A stretch of DNA of 64,000 bases from an uncultured Methylomirabilota bacterium (lineage in GTDB: Bacteria; Methylomirabilota; Methylomirabilia; Methylomirabilales; 2-02-FULL-66-22): NCBI GenBank assembly GCA_963845565.1, contig CAWJSJ010000005.1, positions 288,001 through 352,000 of the forward strand, in the 5' to 3' direction. The notes under the pieces are model-generated. The model was given only the letters and a program-made list of their open reading frames with translations, was not told the origin of the DNA and ran no database searches. Positions within the stretch are counted from its first letter, which is position 1, and each line of letters opens with the position of its first letter. Positions 29,718-39,177 of this stretch are shown here, in pieces. The translations under genes were made by a program, and so were the position numbers.

Positions 29718-30947
29718 TCAGCTCCGCAGACCGGCAGATACGGATTGCCGATAGCTTGACCAGGACGGGATTCCGGCGAGGAGCATGCCGATGACGACCA
29801 CAGCCGCCGCCATGAGCAGTTCTTGGCGGGCGAGCGTCGCGGAAAGAACGATCCCGGTGCGTGCGGAAAAGACCGCAGAGAGCGCCGCGGCTCCTGCCCA
29901 CCCTGCCAACAGGCCCAGCACGGACCCGAGGGCGATCATGAGGCTGACGTGGGTCCACACGACTGCGAACACGTACCGGCGGGACGCCCCGAGGGCTCGG
30001 AGGATGGCGAGTTGCCGGCGCCGCAGGGCCAGCGAGGCCAAGACGGCGAGCAGGACAGCAGCGATGACCAGCGCCTGGGTCGCAACGGAAATGGCCGCCA
30101 GGAGATCGCGGGCGTCTCCGAGGAGACTGTAGAGATCGACCAACACTTCGGCCGGGAAGAGGGCCGTCGTGCCTTCCGTCCGGTATTTCCCGCGGAGCTT
30201 GTACGCGTCCGCGACTGTCTTGGGTTTCACGACGATCGCGGGAACTCCGGCGACCTCGGCACCGTCCCACGGAGGACCAATAACGTTCCGCGCCCTCCGT
30301 GTGGCCGTTGGAGAGACCGTGGACTTCCCAGACCGCTTCTATGGGTGCGACGATGGCGCGATCCCAGGGGGTGCCGGATCGAGCCATGCGACCGACGACG
30401 ACGTACTCGACATCGTGATGGTCTCGATCCGAGGCCTTGTCCTCCGGCTCCGCCTTGGGGGCGGCCACCCCGTGACTGGGGCGAAGCGGGCGCCGAGCGC
30501 CAAGCCGACATCCGCCCCCACGACGACCTCGCGCTCGGATGCAAAGACCCGGCCCTCTGCCGGTTTGCGCGTTCCGCCCAGGGTGACGAAGGCCGCGGTC
30601 GAGCCGACGACGGGATAGTCCCGGTAGCGATCGCCAAAGGCGATGGGGGCCACGTAGACGGCGCCCGACTCTTGTTGGAGGCGTTTGAGCACGGCGCCGG
30701 GCACCAACGGCAGCGCCGCCGGCTGCAGGTAGACGCTGGTCAACACAAGCTGGGTCGGGCTCCCGGGAGCGCCGACGAGAAGGTCGAAGGCGTCGGCGGC
30801 TCGCGCGCTCCCGGTGCGCAGCGCCCGCTCCTGGGCGCTCACCGAGACGCCAAGGGCCACGGCCACGGCGATCAGCCCGACCACCGCCAGGAAGCCGGTC
30901 CGGGATCGCCGGATATCCGCCACCACGACGGGCAAGGGGTTCAACAT
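29718..30947 (-). CDS. FtsX/MacB-like ABC transporter permease; several frameshifts between 30250 and 30660
   Basis: DLLVGAPGSPTQLVL, PIAFGD, His-rich loop, RRRQLAILRALGASR. Confidence 0.82.
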
Positions 30948-31642
30948 CGGGAGACCGTGTCCTGGGCGGTTGTCGTCAGGCGGCCGCCCACCAGCGTGTG
31001 CACGGCATCCAACCGTCGGAGCACCGCGGCATCGTGGCTCACGATGACGACGGTGGTCCGCGCTTCGCGACACGAATCGAGCAGGAGCATGGTCACTCGC
31101 TCGCCACTGGCACCGTCGAGGCTCGCGGTCGGCTCGTCGGCGAGAACGATGGACGGGGCGAAAAGAAGGGCTCGCGCGACGGCCACGCGCTGCATCTCAC
31201 CTCGGGACAGCGTCTCGACACGCTGGAGGCCGCCGGGCACCCCCACGTGTGTCAGCAGGGCTCGGGCGCGATCCTTCACCCGGCCAGATAGTACGAAGCG
31301 ATCGAACGTGGCAGCCACCAACACGTTCTGCAGGGCGGTCATGCCGGGCAAAAGGTGGAAGTCCTGGAAGATCATTCCAACGTGTCCGCGTCGCCAGCGG
31401 TCGCACTCCGTCTCAGTCAGGCGGCAGAGATCGTCCCCGCCCCAGCAGACCGACCCGTACTGCGGTCGCTCCAGGCCGCCGAGCACGTGAAGCAACGACG
31501 TCTTCCCGGATCCGGATGGCCCCGTGATGCCGACGACCGATCCCGCCGGGACGACCAATTCTTCGAGGTTGAGAACCGTATGGATGCCGGCAGACATCCG
31601 GTAGGCAAGAATGAGGTTAGTCGCTTTCAAGCCATTCGTCAT
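30941..31642 (-). CDS. ABC transporter ATP-binding protein (LolD/MacB type)
   Basis: GPSGSGKT, FQDFHLL, LSRGEMQRVAVARAL, ADEPTASLD. Confidence 0.9.
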   Translation of the reverse strand: MTNGLKATNLILAYRMSAGIHTVLNLEELVVPAGSVVGITGPSGSGKTSLLHVLGGLERPQYGSVCWGGDDLCRLTETECDRWRRGHVGMIFQDFHLLPGMTALQNVLVAATFDRFVLSGRVKDRARALLTHVGVPGGLQRVETLSRGEMQRVAVARALLFAPSIVLADEPTASLDGASGERVTMLLLDSCREARTTVVIVSHDAAVLRRLDAVHTLVGGRLTTTAQDTVSRC

Positions 31643-31644
31643 GG

Positions 31645-32172
31645 CTACAACCGACGGAGCCTGGCGTCCACGATGCGCAGCAGGCTCACGAAACCGGTCT
31701 TCGGGTCGGTGGCAGACCCCACCTCCAGGCTCCCGGTGACCTCGATCGGGTCCGTGTTGCGCGTCAGCGTGCTGCCGTTTCGCAGGTGCACCACGATGAT
31801 GTCCGAAGGCCAGTCGGCGTCCGTCTGGCAAAATGGACAAAGGGACACCGGCTCTCGGGTCATGACGAAGAAATCCGCCTCGGGCTTGAGCGGCGGCGCC
31901 ATGAAACCGCGCATGGCCACCGGTTTGCCCTTCAAGCTGTTCACCTTGTCGGAGAATTGGAGGCCGAGGACGCCGATGGACTTGTACAACTCCGTAAAGG
32001 CCAGTCGAGAGGGCTCGTCCGCCTGTCCCTGCCCTGCGACGGCGAGGAGTGCCCCGACAATTCCCGCCACGATCCATGGCCGACCGGCGCGGCGCTCTGG
32101 ACTCCTTGGTCTCCGGACCGACGCGCGGGACACCGTCGGAGCGGTGTCCCGCGCGCAGCGGGATCGACCCAC
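31645..32172 (-). CDS. Exported hypothetical protein with CPFC motif (DUF3299-like OB fold); start uncertain
   Basis: Signal-like hydrophobic stretch, RGFMAPP, CPFC, IEVTGSLEVG. Confidence 0.7.
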   Translation of the reverse strand: MGRSRCARDTAPTVSRASVRRPRSPERRAGRPWIVAGIVGALLAVAGQGQADEPSRLAFTELYKSIGVLGLQFSDKVNSLKGKPVAMRGFMAPPLKPEADFFVMTREPVSLCPFCQTDADWPSDIIVVHLRNGSTLTRNTDPIEVTGSLEVGSATDPKTGFVSLLRIVDARLRRL

Positions 32173-32173
32173 G

Positions 32174-33917
32174 TTACTTCCCCAGGCCCAGGGAAAGTGC
32201 CATGACCCGGAAGACTTCCGTGTTCTCCATGAAACCGTGGATGTACTCCGATCCGGGTCCCATGGCCGTCAGGACCACATCTTCGCCCGTGTGGACGCCG
32301 GTGCTGCTGTTGCGAGGCAGGATGCCGGTGCGGAAGACGGCGCCGGGGACGTTCTTGTACTGCTCGTTGGCCACGTAGTTCTTGTCGGGCGCCTGGATCG
32401 CCGGTGTGAAGACCCCGTCCAGCTTGGGCCGGAAGGTCTCGTAGTGATCCGGGAAGTTGGCGAAGAAGATGGCGAGGCGTTTCGACACGTTCAGGTCGCC
32501 CGGGTAGCCGTCGGCATCCGGCCGCGGATAATTGGGATAGCCGGCGTCGGCGTACACGCCGACCTTGTCGCGCATCTGCTCGCCCTTGGCATTATCGTCC
32601 ACGGTGCCGACGATGGAGAGTCCGTGGCTGTGATCGGCCACGACCATGATGAGGGTGTCGTTGCGATCGGCGGCGAACTCCTTGGCCACCTTGACCGCGT
32701 TATCGAGCATGATGGTGTCCATGACCGCCCGCTCCCAGTCCAGGGGATGGGAGTACTTGTCGATGTTCCCGGATTCCACCATCAGGAAGAAGCCCTCGGG
32801 GCGGCGGGACAGGATGTCAATGGCCGCCTTCGTCTGGTCGACGAGGTCCGGCTGATCGGGGAACTTGTTCACCGTTCCCTTCTTGAGGAACTTGCGATCG
32901 AGGACGCCGTCCATATTTCCGGTGTGGAAGAGGCCGAGAAGCTTCTGGGTGCCAGGGTTGGCCGCCGCGGCCCGCATCTCCTGATCGTTGGTGGCCAGGG
33001 TATACCCGGCCTGCCGGAACTTGGCGATGTAGTCCTCGTTGTCCTTGCGGCGCGAGCCGGGCGTGGATTTGCGGCAGGAAGTTGGCGGAACCGCCGCCCA
33101 TCAAGACATCCACGCCGCTTCCGTAGAATTGCTTCACGATCTCGTCGTAGTCGCTGCGTCGCCGGGTGTGGGCCACCATGGCAGCGGGCGTCGCGTCCTC
33201 CACCTCGGTGTTCGTGACGACCCCGACCGCCATGTTCAGCTTCCGCTTCACCAGGCTGCTGATCGTCTCGACCTTGGGATCGTCCAGGGTGTCCTTGGTC
33301 CGATCGGCGTACACCCCCAGCGCGTTGACGCTGGACTTGTGGCCCGTGGCATAGGCGGCGGCGGAGTTGGCCGAGTCGGTGATGACGGAGTCAACGCCGG
33401 AGGTTCCGACCAGCGCCATGCGGGGCATGGTATCCATGGCCAGGTCGCCGTGGTATTTTCCCTCGGCGATCCCCTTGGACAGGATGCGAGCCGCAGTCCG
33501 ATGCGCGACGCTCAGGCCGTCCCCGACGAAGAGAATCACGTTCTTGGCCGTGCGGGGGCGCTCTGCGGCGAAGACCTCCCAGGTCACCACTTGGGTAAAC
33601 TCCTTGCCGTCATGGGCCACCACGCGATAATACCCCGGTTGCGTCAGGACAACGTCTCGGAGGATGAGCGCTGATTTGTCTACATCCGGTTCCTTCTCTA
33701 CGAAGGTGGCGGTTCGCCCCAGGGTCAGGGCGTAATCGGCGCCATTGATCGTCACCTTGGCTTCGCCAGGTTTCAGGACGCGGTCAAATTCCACCTTGAA
33801 ATCGAACTTCGCGCCGGCCAGAATCGTGGCGCGATGCACGGGATAGACGGTCAGAGCGTCGGCGTGCGAAGTGACGGTAACAAGGAGTGCTATCGCGAAC
33901 AGCAATCGCGTCAACAT
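32174..33917 (-). CDS. phoA: Alkaline phosphatase (PhoA family) with N-terminal extension; frameshift near 33070
   Basis: KNVILFVGDG, TDSANSA (Ser nucleophile), DATPAA, LMVESGNIDKYSH, ADHSH, HTGEDV; signal peptide. Confidence 0.9.
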
Positions 33918-34018
33918 GCCTGGATCCTCCTGAACGCATGTCTCGCGCCCGCGATCGCCACCACGACGGGGGCGACGACGAGCATGAACAAGACTGCGCG
34001 CGTTAAGTGTCTGAACAT
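33911..34018 (-). CDS. Putative 35-aa single-TM peptide overlapping the phoA start
   Basis: MFRHLTRAVLFMLVVAPVVVAIAGARHAFRRIQAC; GAGG before ATG; stop TGA lies in the first codons of phoA. Confidence 0.35.
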   Translation of the reverse strand: MFRHLTRAVLFMLVVAPVVVAIAGARHAFRRIQAC

Positions 34019-34096
34019 GGGGGCATCCTCGAGATTCACAGGACGTTCCGACAGGGCGCTACCCGACATCCAGTTGGGGGATGCGGGCCGTCTCGG

Positions 34097-34321
34097 TCAT
34101 TCGCAGAACAGCGAGAGGTAGCGGCGTGCGACCACCCGGGCGCAGCGCGGGCACCAATACGCGAGCTCTGCAACCGGCCCCAACAGCCCATCCGCCTCGC
34201 GGGTCAGGGGTTCGGCGGGGATCAGGCAGTTCGGGCAGCGAGCGGGCCGAGCCGAGAGCCGGAGCAAAACCACGGCGCACGCGAGGCAACCGACCATCAG
34301 GCCAACCCAGAGCAAAGCCAT
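34097..34321 (-). CDS. Small membrane-anchored Zn-ribbon protein
   Basis: N-terminal TM then CPNC and CPRC; GAGGG RBS. Confidence 0.6.
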   Translation of the reverse strand: MALLWVGLMVGCLACAVVLLRLSARPARCPNCLIPAEPLTREADGLLGPVAELAYWCPRCARVVARRYLSLFCE

Positions 34322-34393
34322 TCCGTTTCCATTCCCTCGCCGCCGCGAAAACGCGTTACGGCACACCGCACGGGCGCCATTCTCGCCAGGATG

Positions 34394-34433
34394 TGTTACA
34401 GGTCGCTGACATTTCGGTGTGGTTTTCGCGACT
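34394..34433 (-). promoter_or_regulatory. Pho-box-like repeats upstream of the phoA cassette
   Basis: Minus-strand GTCGC, CACAC, GTCAG, GTAAC at 11-bp phase (plus coordinates 34428, 34417, 34406, 34395). Confidence 0.4.
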
Positions 34434-34534
34434 TTTCGTGTTCCGGGTGTAACTACTTCTGTCGGTGGTGCGTCTGCGGTATAGTGCAGAGAACAGGCGT
34501 CGGCGATGTGGGGTGCGGGAGAACAGGAGGCGCC

Positions 34535-34957
34535 ATGAGGGCTAAATTCAAGGCATGGGTGGTATTTGGCGACCGCGTGAAGTTCGGCCAGGGGCGGGCG
34601 GAACTCCTTCGCCTGATTGATGAGCTAGGTTCGATCAAGCAGGCGGTGGACCGGTTCGAGATGTCGTACCGGAACGCCTGGGGGTATCTGCGGGAACTGG
34701 AGAAGGCCGCGGGGTTTCGCCTGCTGGAAAGGCAACCGGGGGGAAGCCGGGCTTCCGGGACCAGGCTCACGGCCAAAGGGCGAGAATTTCTCGATCGGTA
34801 CGACCGATTCGAGCGGAGCCTCGAGGAGAGCGTCGCCCGGTGTTTCGACCGGACGTTCTCAGCGCCGCAGCGGCTTCGAGCGGGCGCCGTCAGCCACCGC
34901 GCCGGCAGCGTTGCGGGGATTCGAGGATCGCAAAGAGCGGTACGCCGGAAAACCTAG
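34535..34957 (+). CDS. modE: ModE-family winged-helix regulator (DNA-binding domain only)
   Basis: FGQGRAELL, GSIKQA, MSYRNAWGYL, GTRLT. Confidence 0.88.
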   Translation: MRAKFKAWVVFGDRVKFGQGRAELLRLIDELGSIKQAVDRFEMSYRNAWGYLRELEKAAGFRLLERQPGGSRASGTRLTAKGREFLDRYDRFERSLEESVARCFDRTFSAPQRLRAGAVSHRAGSVAGIRGSQRAVRRKT

Positions 34958-35051
34958 ATTCCGCGTCAGGCGCGGCGTTCGATCGTGGAGACAACGGGGG
35001 CAACCGGCAGATGCGGCTGCCCCCGTTGTCTGTGGAGCGAGCGGACAGCGA

Positions 35052-36629
35052 TCAGCGATGCGTCTGCGCGCGACATATTTGGGCATGCTTGGCGCACAGC
35101 CGGTGGTGGTGGCAGAAGGGCGGCGGTGGGGCCGAGCCTTCCTCCTTGGCGATGTTCAAGAGGACGGACACCTCGTTCAGTGACCAGTAGACCTGCTTCT
35201 GCAGGTCGCAATCGGCAATCAGATCGTTGCTGTGGCGTGCAGGTTTCACGTAGCAGGCGTCGGTCTCTGGGAGGAGCTCCTTTTGCAGCGTGCGTAGGGC
35301 AAGCCCGTACCATCCCCGCTTGACCAGCCACTCGACCCCCTCGATTTGCCGGATCAAGAGTTCCTTGAACGCACGGTTCCGGAAATCCTTCTTGGATGCC
35401 GCCTCGAGAATCGACTCGATCGCGTCGAGCTTTTCGAGGATGTTCGGGACCGGATCGATGGCGCCATACACCACGATCTTGGCCTCATCCACATACGGCC
35501 AGCCGGCTTCCATCACATTGATATCGGTGGTGCCTTCGGGCAACGGCTCGACTCTGATGATGGTCATCGATCGGGTCGCGAATCCCGAGTTGTGGTCGGC
35601 ATTGACATCATACGGCCAGGGCACACTTTGATTGGCCGCCGTGGAACGCTGATCCGGAGGGCCAGGCAGCTTCTGCGGCGGCACGACCCGGAACGGCCCT
35701 TCGCCGTCGAGCTTGTTCTGTAGAGTCAACACTCCCGTGGTGAGGTTCTGTCCATCCCGCTTGATAGCCAAGAGCAACCTGAGGCCGTCCGGATTGACGA
35801 TGGGGTCGCCGTTGACCCTCCCGGCGGCAGACGGCGAATCGTACTTGCACCAGCCGGCGGAGTTGAGGGCCATGTCCGCGACGTTGTTGTAATAGTACGA
35901 GGCGCTCGGGTAATCGCCGAAGACATGATAGAGCCCGGGCGCGGGATCCGGATACAGCGGATGGTATTGCGAGAAGCCGTCCGGTGCGTACGCGGTTGTG
36001 CCGGTCGCGGAGCCGAGGAGTAGGTCATCGAGGAGGTCCTCCAGCGTGACTCCGCTGTACTGTGCGTAGAAGTCATCGGACTTGCTGGCGTTCATCAGCA
36101 GGAACTGGCTGTGTTGCGGTTTCTGGAGGAGTTGCTCGCGAGTGAACACGCGGTACGGCGCCGGCACCTTGGTTGGGTCGTCCGCCTTGTCCCCGGGGTA
36201 CCGAACCGCCGCGATCTCGTCGGCATTGATATAGCCGTCACCATCGGAATCCAGGCCGGCAATCGTCTGGACGGCGGCTGGGCTGCGTCCGGCGAGTAGG
36301 TAGTCCAGGCCATACGGGTTCAGGGTGGCTTCGAGGTTGGCCGGCGTGCTCTGTTTGCCATACTCCGTCTTGTAGTGGCACCACTGACAGCTTCCGAGGC
36401 TGACCGTTTTGCCATTGGACGTATACGAACCGCCGGTGTGGCACAGGTTGCAGCTATCGAGCTTGGTCCCGGCCTTGTCAGGGAAGACCGAAAGGAAGTG
36501 CCCCGAATCGATTTCCCCCATGTGGTGATACGCTGCCGTTACGGTTCCGACAGGAGAAAAGAATACAATGCCGACACCGATAAGGAGCACTGCAAGCCTC
36601 GTTTTCGAAAACCACCGCTTTCCGTCCAT
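35052..36629 (-). CDS. Exported diheme c-type cytochrome with GEGP motif
   Basis: Signal peptide; CNLCH and CQWCH; DSDGDGYINADE Ca-binding-like loop; LDGEGPFRVVPP. Confidence 0.8.
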   Translation of the reverse strand: MDGKRWFSKTRLAVLLIGVGIVFFSPVGTVTAAYHHMGEIDSGHFLSVFPDKAGTKLDSCNLCHTGGSYTSNGKTVSLGSCQWCHYKTEYGKQSTPANLEATLNPYGLDYLLAGRSPAAVQTIAGLDSDGDGYINADEIAAVRYPGDKADDPTKVPAPYRVFTREQLLQKPQHSQFLLMNASKSDDFYAQYSGVTLEDLLDDLLLGSATGTTAYAPDGFSQYHPLYPDPAPGLYHVFGDYPSASYYYNNVADMALNSAGWCKYDSPSAAGRVNGDPIVNPDGLRLLLAIKRDGQNLTTGVLTLQNKLDGEGPFRVVPPQKLPGPPDQRSTAANQSVPWPYDVNADHNSGFATRSMTIIRVEPLPEGTTDINVMEAGWPYVDEAKIVVYGAIDPVPNILEKLDAIESILEAASKKDFRNRAFKELLIRQIEGVEWLVKRGWYGLALRTLQKELLPETDACYVKPARHSNDLIADCDLQKQVYWSLNEVSVLLNIAKEEGSAPPPPFCHHHRLCAKHAQICRAQTHR

Positions 36630-36758
36630 CCTGTCCTCCTTGTGTGAGATGAAATTGCGGTCGGTGCGTTCTTACCCCGAAGGCGCCACCTCAACGTGGT
36701 AGCCTGAAATGACGCGAACCGATCGGGCGCATCATGCGATTTCCCGCCCCGGGCTCGA

Positions 36759-37142
36759 TCACGGGGTTCCGAAGAGCAGGTTTCCTTTGAAGTCCGTCGC
36801 GAACTGCCAAAGCGCGATCAAACGATCTGATCTCATCCCCAGTTCGACACGCAGGTAGTAGGCGCGCTCTGTCTGGGCCCACCTCTCACCCTGTCGGGCC
36901 AGGTGTCGCAATCGAGCTCTGAAGGCGCGGCCGTGCCCCACGGTTCCGATGTGACACATTTCATGGAGGAGGGTTTCGCGGACCTCCCGGGGAGTACAGA
37001 TCCAGATCGTGCGCGCTTCCTCCTCGATGAAGCCGCGCTCTCCGGTCCGAGGCGCGCATCTGCGCACCCGGTACTTTGGCAGCCGTCCATCGAAGAGGTC
37101 GGCGTTCAGGCGATCGAAAAGCGCATCCAGGTCAGTGTCCAT
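36759..37142 (-). CDS. SprT-like zinc metalloprotease (short, possibly truncated)
   Basis: LFDRLNADLFDGRLP, TLLHEMCH, GHGRAF. Confidence 0.7.
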   Translation of the reverse strand: MDTDLDALFDRLNADLFDGRLPKYRVRRCAPRTGERGFIEEEARTIWICTPREVRETLLHEMCHIGTVGHGRAFRARLRHLARQGERWAQTERAYYLRVELGMRSDRLIALWQFATDFKGNLLFGTP

Positions 37143-37193
37143 GATCAGGGTCTCCGTTGGCGAAACCGACTCTGGCTTGGCGTCGGGCGGATG

Positions 37194-39084
37194 TCACCAC
37201 GTGTCCCCAGGTTTCGCCGCCCACTCGATTCCCAGTTCGGCCAGCTTGGCGAACGTCGGCCAGCCGGTTTCGCGGTCCCACCCTTCCATCTGGTAGTAGA
37301 GGCGGAGGGCGTGCTGGAACAGCTCTGGCTCGACCCGGACATCCTTCAAGGGGCCGCTCGTGAAGGCCTCATGCAGTCGCTTGGGAAGTTGGTCATCTTT
37401 CGGGGTGAAGCCCTCGCGCGAGTTGAACACCCGAGCGAGAGCCTTGGATCGCTCGCCGACTTTGATCAGCTCCCACAGGCTGGTGTCCCAGCCCGTGAGG
37501 GCGCGCATGGCGTTGACGATCAGCGTGATCCCGACCGCGTTGCCCGGCGCCGAAGCCAGGTGGCACACGCCCACGCAACTGCACAGGGCCCACCAATGGC
37601 TGGCGTAATGAAACGCCCGCACCTTGCGGGGGCTCAGCTCCAGCTTCGACAGCGGTTCGGCCAGGCCGAGTGGCTCCAGGGCGTGCGCCCCCTGCGGGTG
37701 GAACCCCGCATAGGCCGGATCGTGGGGGGCACGCATGTGGTCCGCCCCGGCAGGCGCGGTGGCGTAGGCCAAGGACAGCCCCTGCTTCCCCCGCGGCTCG
37801 TGCATGGGGAGTTCCTGCTTCTTGACCGTCAGGGCGAATTGCTCGGCCCCCCGCCCGATCTGTTTCGCCGCGCGCTCCGACCCCAAGGCCAGCAGGTCGC
37901 CGAAGCCCTCTCGTTTGCCGATCTTCTCGGTGAGGGTCAGCATCGCCTCGGCGTTCCCGAACCGGAGGTCCAGTCCGTCGGTGTCGGCGGTGGTCAGGAT
38001 CCCGGTCTCGAAGCACTCCATGGCGAAGGCGATGGTCATCCCGACGGAGATCGTGTCCATCACGTACTCGCCGCAGATCTGATGGAACTTGGCGATGGCA
38101 CCGAGGTCGCCGACCCCACAGACCGAGCCGGCGGAGCCGATGGTCTCGTACTCTGGGCCCCCATACTTCGCGATGACCCCGCGCGCTGGCACGTCCACGT
38201 CGCGTTTGCACGCGATGGCGCAGGCGTAACAAGTGCCCTCATCGGTCAGGATCGTCTCCGCCATGGTCTGCCCGCTGATCTCCTTCGCGTGCTCGAACTG
38301 CCCCTCACGGAAGTTTCGAGTGGGAAGGATGCTGTCGGCGCTCATCGCCACCACGTTCCGTGAGGTGCCGAACTTGTGGAGCATGTCGGCGTTCCGGTTG
38401 TAGTGCTCACGGAACCATTTCAGACACGCCTGAAGCCCTTCCTTGTCCTTGGGCTCGATCCGGTCGTGGCCGCGGACCGCGATGGCCCGGAGCTTCTTGC
38501 TGGCCATGACGGCCCCCAATCCGCTCCGGCCATTGAAGTGTTTCAGCTCGTTCACGATATTGGCCATGAGGTTGCCGCGTTCACCGGCGATGCCGCACTG
38601 GAGGATGCGGGCCCGCTTGTCCGTCTCGGCCACGAGGAGATCCTGCACTTCGCCGGAGAGCTTGCCCCAGATGTGTGCGGCGTCGCGAATCTCCACGGTC
38701 CCGTCGCAGATCCACAGGTATACCGGCTTGGGCGACTGGCCCGTCACGATGATCCCGTCGAATCCGGCGAACTTCAGCTCCGGCCCCCAGTAGCCGCCCG
38801 CCTCCCCCTCGCCGTACCCGTCCGTCAGGGGCGACTTCGTGGCCACGCTGAACCGGGTCGTCCCCGCGAGCGGGATGCCGGTCAACGGGCAGGTTGCGAA
38901 AACCATGATGTTCTCCGGGCCAAGCGGGTCGACCCCCGGCGGAAGCTCCCGCACCAGGATGGAGGCAGCCATGGCGGCGCCGCCCATGATACAGGCGATA
39001 GGTCAACGCGGGGAATTCCTCGACGGTGGTCGTCCCCTCGGTCAAGTTCAGGCGGAGGTACTTTCCAGCAAAGGCACCCACCAT
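37194..39084 (-). CDS. aor: Tungsten aldehyde:ferredoxin oxidoreductase family; frameshift near 38988
   Basis: KSPLTDG, ELKFAGFD, GRSGLGAVM, CYACAIAC, GPEYET, DTIS; N-terminus MVGAFAGKYLRLNL in adjacent frame. Confidence 0.92.
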
Positions 39085-39177
39085 GCTCGATGTCTCCTTT
39101 TCTCCGGGAGTCTGTGGTGCGCAGGGCGAGGTCTACGAGGGGTCGTCTTTCGGCTTTGCCGGCGCCCCCCGCTAACC

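Noticed and set aside
29823..33217. Long plus-strand ORFs (555 aa and 620 aa)
   Set aside because: Antisense to the motif-bearing phoA/ABC genes; no recognisable domains
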